Shown here: one piece after another, positions 50,049 to 62,565 of the stretch
Position numbering within the stretch: position 1 is the stretch's first letter
Layout: the number at the start of each line of letters is the position of its first letter
From: Balanoglossus misakiensis
Lineage: Eukaryota > Animalia > Hemichordata
DNA length: 64,000 nt
Reading direction: 5' to 3'
NCBI GenBank assembly: GCA_040954595.2
Contig: CM082590.2
Coordinates: 3,968,001 to 4,032,000 of the forward strand
Made by a program: the position numbers and the translations under genes
Notes under the pieces: model-generated
Database searches by the model: none
Told to the model about the DNA's origin: nothing
The model's input: the letters and a program-made list of their open reading frames with translations, nothing else

Positions 50049-50462
50049 GGCATCACCTCCCACACCCATCCCCTTTATTCCTTGCCACATTTCATCTATT
50101 GGCTGGTTGTTTTAGTGTACCAGGACAGAGTACTTGTCATCACCTCCCCCCACTACACACACGCACAGATGCTAACTTTGAGCGGCAACAGTAAAATTTG
50201 TCCTCCCCAACATTAAGTAAATGTAACTTTGAGCACCGTATTTTACAAACATTTCTATTGAGGGAGGGGAAACCCCCTCCCACACCCTCTCCCTTCTCTT
50301 CTCTTAGTTTATCAATTCTACCAACTGTTGTAATGACTTTTCATTTTAATTCATTCATAGGTTTTTGATTTATTCATATATGGTAAACTCCATTGTAAGC
50401 TATTCAACACCAGAATGTTGGTTTCATTTGCCTAACCATGAAATTGCTTCCTACTCCCCTTG
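50040..50462. mobile_element. Right part of a MITE homologous to 16890-17488
   Basis: Shares colinear blocks cagagtacttg, atgctaactttgagcggc, cctccccaacat, ttgtaatgactt and caccagaatgttggtt, plus the terminal ttgcttcctactcccc. Confidence 0.85.
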
Positions 50463-50809
50463 TACAGTGGAAATGTGTGTGTTTTTCTACTTTTGTTGAA
50501 GTTTTGTGTGATCCATTCTGTAATGGATCTATGTCAATTGTGTTTAGTGTTTGTTTTCTGGTGTAATTTTGTGAAAGGAAACCATAGCGACAAGAGTTGA
50601 AAAAGAACACACATTTCCACTCTACAACAGTCAGCACAGACCCGGAACAAAACAACATGACATGACAATTGCAACACTATACTAAGAAATTTATAATTGA
50701 GATGTGGGGAACCTCTTTGCCTTTATTGCATACAGTGTTCATAAGATCAGGACAGCGAGAAGGCTGTTGGAGGCAAGCTTTTTGTCCTCCACGAGTAGTT
50801 GTGTAATGT

Positions 50810-50957
50810 TTTCAGGGGTGGGGGTCATCATATGTTTTGCCTGTCAAAGGGGGTAATCATTTTTTTGGTCCTGGGTGAAGGGGGGGGGGGGTCTGCCTGA
50901 TTTTGAAAACCGATGACACAAACTTGCCGCCACCAGCCGTAAAAACTGAACAGTCCC
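50810..50957. mobile_element. Right end of a PIF/Harbinger-type MITE
   Basis: taaaaactgaacagtccc then TTA (50958-50960); internal gggggtca-type motifs. Confidence 0.7.
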
Positions 50958-51164
50958 TTAATTCCATTCAAGTTCCCGGGCTGTAAAATTGCTTGAACTC
51001 TGACATTAAAATGTGTCCTAACAAGCACCATTTATTCCATGTATTCAACGTGTGTTAAGAAGCAATTGCAAGAATATGCGGTGGTGTTTTGTCTTTGACC
51101 AAGTATTTTGATCAAGGATACACTTCCACCGCCATGTCTTGACTAAATAAATACATGTACATAC

Positions 51165-51206
51165 CTTTAACATTTCTACTGATACATCCAAAGAGGTTTT
51201 GCCATA
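51165..51206 (-). CDS. ROCO gene exon: 42 nt, terminal half ankyrin repeat
   Basis: cttatattttag acceptor and AAG/gtatgt donor; YGKTSLDVSVEMLK; phase 0. Confidence 0.75.
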
Positions 51207-51582
51207 CTAAAATATAAGAAGACATTTAACAGTGATTATTACAGCTCACGTATTATACCGTATTCGTGATTGGCTGAGACGCGCTCACGTGATATAGAAA
51301 AAAAGTGATATAACATGGCTAGAGTTGATAAAGCCCTGTCGCGTGCGCTGATATTGCCCGCTGGGTTGTTTTGGTGTTCTGCGCGCGACTTCTGCGCTTA
51401 ACAAACTGTCGTTCAATGGCTTCCTCCACGATCAGTCAACTCCCGCATCTATGGCTTCAAAGCGACACACAGGCTTAACACCTGTTCAACTGGACGATAT
51501 TTTACTGCAAACGGACAGTAAATACACCAAAGTCACAACCAACAGCACAGTATCCTGAAAAGATTACAGAAATACTACTTGC

Positions 51583-51681
51583 CTTGTTTTGTATGTTGAC
51601 ATCAGCCTTGTATTCCAACAGTAACCTCACTGTATTCACATGATCCTTTCTTGCTGCACTGTGCAAAGGAGTGTCGCCATC
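51583..51681 (-). CDS. ROCO gene exon: 99-nt ankyrin repeat with a GC donor
   Basis: ttttgacag acceptor; DGDTPLHSAARKDHVNTVRLLLEYKADVNIQNK; donor AAG/gcaagt. Confidence 0.9.
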
Positions 51682-53891
51682 CTGTCAAAATGAAGACACA
51701 ATGTTTTAATGGCCACATGCAGAATCTGTGTTAATGTATTGGGCTTTCCAGTAGCTGATATTTAGATCGGGATTTGTTGCGGGTCCTGGAAAATGTGGTT
51801 GGATGATATTTTCGATGTGAAGACTACAACCTGAATGCACAATTCTTTAATAATATGGAACACATGGAACATAAGTGTTTTTGGCAGAGTGGTGGAAATG
51901 ACCTTCTTTAAATGAAACTAATAATAAATTTACAGATATCCACGGTCAGCTTCCAGTGGTCACATGAGCCTGAAAGCAAACTTCTAGACAAAGTGTTTAA
52001 GAAATGATGGCAACTCAATGATAATTCCGTTTCTTTTATCTGAAATATAAAAAATATTTCTTATCGATCGGTAACAATGTCCCTGTCCAATCTGATGCTT
52101 TCCTCGCTTTCAGTCTACATGTCTAGAGGCTATACATAACATTTTATCCTCAAATAGTGCTGCCAACGATTAAGGGTGTTGTACTAAGTAGCCATAAGCA
52201 GAAGAAACTCAAATTTGCGCCTCATCATTGATGCAATGCAAACACATTCCCTGTGATCCGGTGCTTTCCTCAGTTTCAGTTTACGTAAAGTCTCACTGTC
52301 GGCTGGCGGATAGTCTTTTATCCTTCAATGCCGCCACCAACGGCAAAAGGGAGATGCACTATAAGCAACCAGGATCGGAAGAAACATAATGTGACAATCA
52401 TCGATCGTAGGTGGCGTACATGAATGTACATATGCCCTGTGACAGAGGGACTTTGCTTGTGATCTAGCATTCGAGAATAGTGAATACCTTAAACAAGTCG
52501 ATTGTGATCCATATATGAATGAGAAACTTTTAAACTGGCTAGGCTTAAAAACGGTCACCGTGCACCATGTGCAGTAAATGTTGCATCTGGTGAGTTCAGT
52601 TCGGTACATTGTAAACTATTCCCTCTGTCATTGAACAACATGTCAGACATCCATGACCCGTGAAGCAAAATGTTCGACTAAATTTCACTATCGCTTTACT
52701 CATGAAAACTACAGCTGTAGAATAAATCGCATCCTTCTTAAACATCACTAAGGTCTGTTTCATATGTCATGTGCAGAATTCATGATATTCTGTTATTGTG
52801 CAATATTTACTAGTACCGGTACTCTAAAATCTTGAAACAGTTGATGTGTTAAAAATGTACAAGTTGGACCTTGATACTTATTACAGCAAATTGTCTTTTA
52901 ATCAATGTGCTTTACTCTGTCTGCGACACCTACAACAAATATAAGTTTTTTGAATCCGATAAGTTCGAAATTTCCAGCAGAATGAAAGAACCCGAAGGGC
53001 TCTGTGACAATATATATATGGCGAGTGTTGTGTTTCCAGATCTAATACCACTTGAATATAAAGCAGCAATGTCAGCGTACCTACACGGCAGCAACAATTA
53101 ACGCAATAACACACCACTAATCATAATCTCTGCAGTCCTTCCCTTTTACTCCTGTGTTGGGAGAAGCAACTAGAAGGATATCTCCTGGCTCAAGAACACG
53201 GACACCACCACTGTGGAAAGGTTGGGACCCGTGATTCTTTGATTGGAGAGCCCAATCTTAAGCTGCAGTGGGTCCTCTACCATTAGGGAAGTCACATGAG
53301 CAATATTGTGTTTAACATCTGTGTCGTTATCAAAGTAGGAAGGAATTTCGTTTCGTTCACGTGTTAGGGAGGTGTCAGCTTTAACATGGATGGTGTTGTC
53401 CCTGGAATAGGATTTTGATGACTCTGAATCAATGTCGGCGTACTAACGTCGAAGTGACATTGAGGCTGATAAAAACAACAACAGTGAGACAATGTCCAAC
53501 AGCATCCGGGATAAATTTCGTCCAACACGCTCGATGCAGTTTTTATATTCCACATTCTAAACGAATTTTGACAATTTTTACTGAGAAGGAAACATGAGGG
53601 AAAGAAGCGAGTGCGGTTCATCAGTTATTGTGCCGCAAAATTAACCCAGCGCCAGGCTTTGAGTCTATTGACACCATTTTGGTGTGACCATGAAGTAACG
53701 TCAGTCATTGTGAAATTTTACAAATTTTGCATAATGAGGCAATCCTTAGAATAACACTCTCCGACCATTGATAACCGATTCCACAGCTTCAGTAGTATTC
53801 AATTATGCATCATGTAAAGGTTCCTGTTCTCAAGACGTTGAAATTTGCTTTAGACACAATTTTGGATTTAGTGTCCGGTTCAAGAAAGTAA

Positions 53892-54395
53892 ATGTTATCA
53901 ATTTTAACTCTATAAACCGTCATTAGGTTAATGGAATAATATTAAATATGCCCCACCGACAAATACTTGGAGCATTTTACAAATGTCTCTTGTCAAAAGC
54001 CACCGATCTTACCGATTTATGAAAACAAACCACGGTAATAAAATGACCATTCCCCACTGGTGTACACGTGGTTTGGATGTTTAAAGCTACAATGTTGTCT
54101 ACAACTTCACCGCCATTGAATGAAAACAAAACAAGAATCAATGTTATCAAATTTAACTCTGACACCGTGATTAGGTCAATAGAAAAATATTAAATAGGCC
54201 CGACCGACAAATATTTGGAGCATTTCACAAATTTCTTCTAAAGTGTCAAAAGTTACCGAATTGCCCATTTATGAAAACAAAACACGGTAATAAAATGACA
54301 AAACTCTGCTGGTATATACTGTACGCGTGGTTTGGATGTTTAAAGCTATATTGTCTACAACTTCAACGCTATTGAATAGATACAAAACAAAAATC
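53892..54395. repeat. Diverged tandem duplication, ~249-bp period, 2 copies
   Basis: aatgttatcaa.tttaactct...ccgacaaata.ttggagcattt...cgtggtttggatgtttaaagcta occurs twice. Confidence 0.85.
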
Positions 54396-55298
54396 ATTTC
54401 CACAAAGTCAGCCAGTATGTTGGGGAGTCAGAATAATCTTATGTACTTTCACGGCCAATGACTATCCACCTGATGTACTCGACAATATCAACGGAAAACG
54501 GGGCGATAAATGTTGGGATTTCGCGAATATTTCCAGAAAGAGACAGAAATCTTGCCTACGTGCGAAACTTAAACAGGAAGAGTCAGTTATGTCCACAATG
54601 CAAATTAAAAAGTCGCCCCGGACCGCCATATTTCAAGCAAATTTCGGGTAAAATCCTCAACATATCAAATCCTTCGTCAGAAGAGAGAAAAGGGAGTTGA
54701 GCTTAACACTACAGCTAAGGACCAAACTACCCAGACAGTTCCACTGTGGTCACAGTTTCCACTAAATGACAGGAAATCACCAAACGAAATTAGTAATGTT
54801 TCCACTCTCCCCAGAAATTCTCGGCCAGCGACTGTATAGACAGGAGAATAAAGCAAACGTGACGGGTAGCCCCAAACTTCACTGTGTAAACCGCGCCAGG
54901 GATCTACCTCACCGTTTACAGAAAGTACTCGCGATGCAAACTCATAACAACAATGAACCGCTGCTGCTTCCCCCTAAACTTACGCGATTCTCAAATTACT
55001 TCCTCGTCAATATCGTCAAAATCAAAACACATCGTTTTGTTATCAGACATTTTAGGCATATTTTTCAAAATAACTTCAACGGGTGCAGGTGGGAAGAATG
55101 CAAATTGAACATACGATCCGACCCCAATAAATTGTTTTTTCTAATCATCAAACATTTCTGCGCCACACACACAACACACGCACATACTAACACACACAAT
55201 ACCTTTAAACGAAAACTTGTCCCCAAAGTAAAGCCACCAAAAAAACTCAATCTATAACGCTTACATCACCTTCTGCACCGAGGCTGGTTCTAACTTAC

Positions 55299-55397
55299 CT
55301 TGTTTTGTATGTTGACAGAGCATTTGGCTTTCAGTAATAACAGTGCTGCTCCTTCATGACCATTGTATGATGCCTGGTGTATAGCTGTGTCACCATC
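55299..55397 (-). CDS. ROCO gene exon: 99-nt ankyrin repeat
   Basis: attttacag acceptor; DGDTAIHQASYNGHEGAALLLLKAKCSVNIQNK; AAG/gtaagt donor. Confidence 0.9.
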
Positions 55398-56590
55398 CTG
55401 TAAAATACAAAGACATCAGACATCAACACTGACTACTTAATGAATGTGGCATTCATATGAATCGTAATAAGCAATCCGGTACTTTTTCGGGCTTTATTTG
55501 AAGATTTACGTAATAATGCACATTAAATAGAAAACTGTCGTTTTTGTCATTTTATTATAATAATACCTTTCATATCACTAGTCATAAACTTTTCAAGGGG
55601 ACACCATGACAGTTGTGATGATCAATGGCTTATGTGTACAACAACCTTTACATCAGAGAAGCAATATTGTTTCGGATTGGTCGTTGAGAATGTTGCTACA
55701 TAAATTTGCCTTATGTGTAAATGCATGACAGGTAAGAAATATGAGGAACCACTATTGACATTCAAATGATTATGGTGGACTTCAGCCAGACAACGTTTTT
55801 TAGTCTCGCCAGCCAGACCTCTCTCTCTGCCATTCGACGGCATAGCCACACGAAGTGCGCCACGAGCAGCGAGGCCGGGAGAATTGAGCGTCAAAGACGG
55901 CCTCGCCGCTTGAGGCGCACTTCATGTGCCTGTGCGCGGCGTCGACTGAAAGAATCCCACTTTGTAGATTTTCGGTTGAAAAGTCATCCCAAGTTTGGTT
56001 TTTTTTTCCGTTGAAAAGTGACCCTTCTGGGTGGCACATACCCGTACACCTTCCTATGGGAGAACCCCCCCCTCCCCCAGGCCTATTGTGCAGGATACAT
56101 GGCACCCTGACATTTTATAACTGTTTATTTTCGGAGCTTTATTTCGCTTCGCCGTTGTTACTGACAGCTATTACACTACAGTTTGCTTAAATATAAAATA
56201 AATGTGTCATCGTGCATGTAGCAATAGTTCATGGTTAGGTCTCTAACTTTCCGGTCAAAAAGTTAACTATTGGTAGATTATTTATAGAAAAATCTAATTA
56301 CTCGACGTTTTAATAAAATATTGCTTTATAGTGGTATGATATTCAAAGGTAAATTTGTTGGTCTCAAAAGAGATAAGAATTTTACTTGGCCGCAGGTATA
56401 GCCACGGTCCAAAAACTCTCCCTCAAACTCTTTCATACTCTTCATAATCTTATTATGTGTGTCGATTTATTGCAGTAACACTAGTTTCGTCATTGACATC
56501 TCGAAGGTCGTCAACACTACAAAATATAAGCACAGTGTCACCTTTTTGGCCGTTCGGGCTATTGGTGAGTGAGCATGTAAAGCCACTTAC

Positions 56591-56689
56591 CCTATCCTTA
56601 GCATTGACGTCAGCTCCATGGTCGATCAACACTTGTGCCACTTCCAGTTTAGTTTCCCTTGCTGCTACATGCAATGCTGTGATTTCAGA
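56591..56689 (-). CDS. ROCO gene exon: 99-nt ankyrin repeat
   Basis: aatttcag acceptor; SEITALHVAARETKLEVAQVLIDHGADVNAKDR; AGG/gtaagt donor. Confidence 0.9.
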
Positions 56690-58555
56690 CTGAAATTGAC
56701 AAATTCATTTGGAATTAAAATGAACACAAGGTATGTTCCAATGTTGGACGGTGACATGGCTATAATTTCACTGGAATCGATTTGTAACTGTAAGTGTTGA
56801 CTGATATTATAAGTTAAATTTGTGTAGCTTCGTTTCAGACCAAAACACTATTGTTTCAGAGAACATTTTATAACCTGCCCTATAGATATTTCTAACAAGT
56901 GTAACACTATAAAATTCTAATATAATGTAGCGCACTATACATGTTTATGCACACTCATAGGTGCAACAGGTCTTAATATCATTTCATAAATTATATTGAT
57001 ATGTTGAAATTTTCAATCACACCAAGTAGTCTAACAGATAAACATGGCGAACGTGATACACCCGACACACACAATCCCTCGTGTTTCTCTGTTGATGTAA
57101 GTTAATATTAAGGTATAGCCTGCTATGAACCCAACATTGGTACGTACAGTACATCAATGTTATAATTATTTAATGTTGCTCGGAAACATCAGAAAAAGAA
57201 TTGTCTAAACCAGTCTGGACATGTCTCTCAAATTTGCCTTTTTTTAAAAAAAAAGCATTTGTAGTATCCATTGAGTGGAACTGAAATCACATATGTCTGG
57301 TTCACTGAATTTAACAAAAAACATGAACGGAAAATTGTGGTCGCGCAAATAAGTGTGAAAGTGGAGTTCACTAAAAAAATTGAATTCGCCCTTCTAATAA
57401 ACACAAGAACTTTGTTTGTTGAATTTATGTGACCAATCTGATTAAAATCAGACTTAGAGTTAGGCATTGTCTTTACCTATGGTAATCGTTTAAGCGGTTC
57501 TGTTCTCTGTCTTGGCGGTTCTCGGGTGGATGGTCCCTTTCCGAACAGAAATACCAAGAATCAGCCATAGTAAAGACACCGCCTAACTCTACATCCGATT
57601 TAATCAGATAGTTTTGTGACAATCTGAGACGGTCCCTAAGCTTACATTGGCTCATAATGCATTGGGCACATGCAATCACTAGTTTCCTCCACAAATAAAG
57701 ATTTCGTCCAAATGGCAACTCTCCAGCCTGCAATGACACAGATTCCACATATTCTTCGGGTGTCCGCAAATGAAACATTTCAGCCCGGCCTTGTCACGAC
57801 TCTGATAGTCTCCCTGTATTCCCCATAGACAAGCACTATGTCCTTACTTTGGCATTGTTCTATGTCCATCGAGGTACAGTAACACATTCATCTCAAAACA
57901 TGTGTGTTTATTCACTCAAGTAATTTCTACAGCAATATCCATCGAATACCCAGAGGAAATAAATATTACAATCAATCAACATCTGCCCACCTCAAAGATT
58001 CAAATCACGCCTGAAGAATACACTTGTAATACAAACACCACAGACTAAAGAAATCTGCACTTTTTGTTTATAAGGGCAACCAATGGCACTCTTTTCCATG
58101 ACCATATTCACCTGAATTCCGGATTGACTTACGACGCAGTATTTTTAATCTCTACGTTATGTCTCTTTTGGGGTTTCAATTTTTTGTAAACACTTTCATT
58201 TTTTATGACATTTGCAAACATCGATCTGGATTTGTCAACAACCTCGCCACAGACTGTTACTGATCACAATATACGGATACTTGGACATTTTAGTCAATAC
58301 TATGTTCTTATTCGTTACGGTTTCAAATTATCTTTCTAACTTCAAATTGCTATAAGAGAAACAAAGGATGAAACAAGCTTTATTTTCTTACACACAAGTT
58401 TTCTATTTCAAATGCATTAAGTTGGTATATCAAAAACAGGAAAAGTTTGTGTTCATCAATAAAGTCAAGGTCAAATCTTTTGCCGCTTCAGATTCGTTAC
58501 CTGCGTGACTGGGTTGTGCGTGTGAAATGCTCAGTGAGCTAGTGTAATTACTTAC

Positions 58556-58654
58556 CCAGCGATAGAATTTACCCTTTGCATTGACATCGTAGCCATCAGC
58601 TATCAACGACCGAATCCTTGCAACATCACCAACCCCAGCGGCATTAATGAGATC
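58556..58654 (-). CDS. ROCO gene exon: 99-nt first ankyrin repeat
   Basis: gttatag acceptor; DLINAAGVGDVARIRSLIADGYDVNAKGKFYRW; TGG/gtaagt donor. Confidence 0.85.
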
Positions 58655-59386
58655 CTATAACATTCAATGAAACATACAATTGTTATTTTTTAAATATTCC
58701 TTTAGATATCAAATTCTTCAGAATTTTAACTGACCTTTGATTATGAACAAACAAAATCACAAACACCAAGAAATAAAACCTAAATTGTTACATCACATTG
58801 TATAAATCATGTGCATCGATGATATGGTAATATATTCTAATTACACATAAACGTATACGGCTTACACCAAAATATAGATACATGTACTGGAAAATGCCCG
58901 GATGAGCCCATAGACTCATGATAAGGCAACAGTCTGAAGAGTACGATGAACAAATGCAATGAAAGTATCACAATGAATGTTTGTCTAAACTGTGTGGGCA
59001 AGTTATTGTGTAGCTGTAGTAGTGTGTGGGTCGTGCGACAGCTTTGTATACCTGGTCGCTGATGTGCTTCCCAAGAAGCATTTTTGACTGTTTGATAGGG
59101 CTTGCATGATATCCATAAAAGAAACGTGAACAAGGTTATTGTCAATTCACTGGCTAGCCACTCTATTGTTATAGTCTACAGATTTGGGATGTTGTCCTGT
59201 TGGTCAGAACATGGAATCCACAACCGACGGTCAGCAATGAACGTCACAACACGGCTGTCACTACACGGCCAAACGGTTAACACTTGTTTCCGTTGTGATC
59301 AGCCACAAAGTCACGGTTGACGTAGACAAGCTGCTTTCTATCGGTTAGAATGTCTCATTTTTATAGTAGTTAACCATATGCGCTTA

Positions 59387-59573
59387 GGGACTGGTCAGTT
59401 TCTTAGGCCTGCGGGCTGGATTCTATTTTGTGGATATCAAAAACTGACTGACACGACTCCCTTATTGAATCAGGAAAATTGAGTGACCCCCCTTCACTCA
59501 ATTCCAAAACAGGGTGACCTCCCCATGACTACATCCACCCCCTCCCCCATGGCCGAAGAAACTGACCAGTCCC
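59387..59573. mobile_element. PIF/Harbinger (Tourist-like) MITE, 187 bp
   Basis: Perfect 18-bp TIR gggactggtcagtttctt; TTA TSD on both sides. Confidence 0.9.
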
Positions 59574-61143
59574 TTATTTCGAGATGTATATGCCATTATT
59601 CTTTGGAGTTGTGGATACTTCACGCACGCGCACAATATCCCTTCATGGGGAAAATGTGAATTTTTGTGAATTTTGAACGCGAATAATAAAACATGGTGCA
59701 GACATTGCTGAAAGGAAACCATTCCATCGGTGAAATTCTGATCACAAAATACTGGAATTCCCAAAAAACGAAAACAATGAACGGTACGACATTCCGGGAT
59801 ACCGACAACCGGCCCATAATGCACTACTGAGCACAAAATGTCTGACTAAATTTGAACAGATGAAGAACTCGCTGGTGTTTAACCCCCCCCCCCGTCTTGT
59901 ACATGAAGGCAGAAGACAATAAACTGCACTGAATTGTGCTAGTACCCCAATAATTTTGCTTGTACACGTAACTGTTTATTACAAATAAAAGAACTGATGC
60001 ATGGTGTGCCTTAATCTTACGCTGAATTGGGATTAAAGCGTTCATTAGCAACTTCTTCACTATGGTATATTAGTGTCACGTGTTTTGGAACAAACATTCT
60101 GTGATGAAAATATTGTTTATAAGTCAGTAGATATCACAATTTTATGTTTACACACGCACCGATTTAATTTAATTTCTTTTGGGGTTGCAACAAATATGTG
60201 TTCTTTGAGAGAGAGTCGGTGTAGACACGTCGAGGGGATAAAATATCCATTGCTTTTTGTTCTTCCAAACTTAAGCGAGGGGTTTGGGGTCAAACGAAAA
60301 CATTTGCATTTGACATGCCTCACTCACTTTATGCTTTATTTTCGTGAATTTACAATCAAAGTTCGATTGGTTCATTTTAAAAAGCTTACTCGTGGGTATG
60401 CACACATGTATCATCAACCTGTCGTGTCGTCTGTCGGCAAATGATACGGAGAAGATTGAGTCAGCTCATGGGGAATTAATAATTATCCACGACCTTTTAT
60501 GACCAACACCATGCCTGCGTCACCTTGCATGAACTCCTTTCGGGTCAAAGGTTATCATCATTTGATATGGCGTCAATCTGACTGCCCCATATACATGTAT
60601 AGACACATTGCCGGAATAGTTACAAAGTAACACAGACATGGATTTCAATGGCTGTTTTATCTAAAGCTAGAACTTGCTCATAAAATTGTGATTACTTAAG
60701 ACCTTCTCAACCGGTAAAATTATTTTTGAAAAAATATCGTTCAATGCAGACTTTGACTTGTGAATGGAAAACATTGTGATTAGTGTGACTTTTTGTCAAC
60801 TGGGTAATTGTTTATTTATGAATTCACTATCTAGCAATACACACAAACACTAGAAGTTACTATATTTTCCGTGTGTCGGGCAAGCTGACCCGTTTAAAAA
60901 TAATACACCTATTAGGCACCGACTAGCGCCACAAGTCTTAACGAAACCGTCATATGTTTTGCGACCAAAAAGGCTGGTTAAATTTACGCGCATGCGGTTG
61001 AAGGGAGAAATTTTGAACGGTCCTCAGTCCAAAAAAACAAACAAATATAAACCACTCATAATAACAGACGTCGTACGCGTCACTGCAAGACATCGTTGCC
61101 TTTGGTGTAAAATGTCAGTTACTACAGTTAACAGTTCACTTAC

Positions 61144-61173
61144 TTGTGGATTCTTATATTTTCCGAAAGCCAT
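61144..61173 (-). CDS. Probable first coding exon of the ROCO gene
   Basis: aatcATGg context; MAFGKYKNPQ; CAA/gtaagt donor; phase 0 joins in frame to DLINAA. Confidence 0.65.
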
Positions 61174-61486
61174 GATTACGTCATTGACATTGTGTTGGAA
61201 TACGTGAAGAACTTGGGTCTGTACCACCGCTATAGAGTTGAACAAGTCAGCTTCGCAAATGTTCTATAATGGCGTCGTCGCCTACATGTACCTGGTCAGG
61301 TGATGTTGACAAGTTGGGGAAAACCCCGATACATAAGGAAGTACACTACAAAGTAAAATAATGACAAGAGTTGGGTCAAGGTTCATGACGCCATAAAAGT
61401 GTGGCACATACACTTCAATACTGTGGTGACGTCACAGCAGAATTCCTAGATTTCTGATTCAATCACTAAACTAGTTGGCACATTAA

Positions 61487-61672
61487 AGGTATACGGTCAC
61501 CTATGGAAATTTACCTACAGTTACCATAGTAAACTTGAGATCTAGCCAATCACTGATTTTCAGTGGGTGGCACATGCGAAAAAAAGAGCGCCACCATATG
61601 TTCTTTAGAACCCTCAAATACGCCATTTCAGTTATATATGGGCGTGTGTAAATTGGAGGTTACCGTATACCG
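61487..61672. mobile_element. Small Kolobok-type MITE
   Basis: TTAA, then aggtatacggtcacc ... ggttaccgtataccg, then TTTA. Confidence 0.7.
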
Positions 61673-61676
61673 TTTA

Positions 61677-62312
61677 GGTGGCATTGCATGAAAATTTGTG
61701 ATTTTTTCCAAATTTTACTTTTTTCATAAATCGGTAGGTCTTATACTGACCCACATCCTGACTAATACGTCTTGGCAGAAATGGAGCATAATCACCCAAA
61801 AATAGCACTTTTCTGAATGAGTCCACAGCTTAACAAATAGGTGTCAACAATGCAAATGGTCGTTTTTCTCAGTTTGCATTTTCGCTGCTTTTGAGAACTC
61901 CAAAAGAATTTAGCTTCGCTCTGCGTTGGCCGAATTTGCTCAAATTTTAACAGGGGATTGTGTATGACCCATCCAACAAAACGGATTTTTTTATTCGATA
62001 AAGTGTCCCTGGCGGGAATAAAATCCGATTCAATACAACTCACCGTGAATTTGATCAAATTTTCTAAAAATCTAACTTTCAAACTCTGTTACTCCTCATT
62101 TTTTACCTAAATTAAATTCAATGACATAATATCAAAACATGTTTTTTTTAACCCAAAAACGCAACCATTTCCGGGATCAATAATATATGCAACTCAAAGA
62201 AAAGTTCAAAAACTCAGCTTCCAGAATATTTATGGTTTATGGGGATTTTAACGTTGTCTGTGATGAGAAATACGCCTCTGAAAAAGTCTCGATGGTTTTA
62301 TGCAATGCCACC
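61677..62312. mobile_element. Kolobok-type MITE
   Basis: 13-bp perfect TIR ggtggcattgcat / atgcaatgccacc; TTTA on the left and TTAA on the right. Confidence 0.75.
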
Positions 62313-62515
62313 TTAAACCAACAATTTGAATATTTATGTTTTATAACAGTACGAGCAGTGGAATGAAGTGGCCTATTCCCACTTCACAAGCTTAAGTACA
62401 GGACATAGTCTCGCTTTGCAGACTCTTCTCGCTTTGCTAGTTCGCCACTGGCGGTGTGAGAACGCGAGGAGCGAAGCCAAAAGTGTCTGGGAAGAACACA
62501 GGCGCATGAGGATTT

Positions 62516-62565
62516 ACACGGCGATCGCCTATGACACTTTTCTGTGTCATAGGTGATCGCCGTGT
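62516..62565. repeat. 22-bp stem palindrome
   Basis: acacggcgatcgcctatgacac-ttttct-gtgtcataggtgatcgccgtgt, one mismatch. Confidence 0.85.

Noticed and set aside
24746-50957. Proof that the 26-kb block is one transposed unit
   Set aside because: TTA is the generic Harbinger target, so matching TSDs are weak evidence. The two ends could come from separate copies, and 50463-50810 is unexplained.
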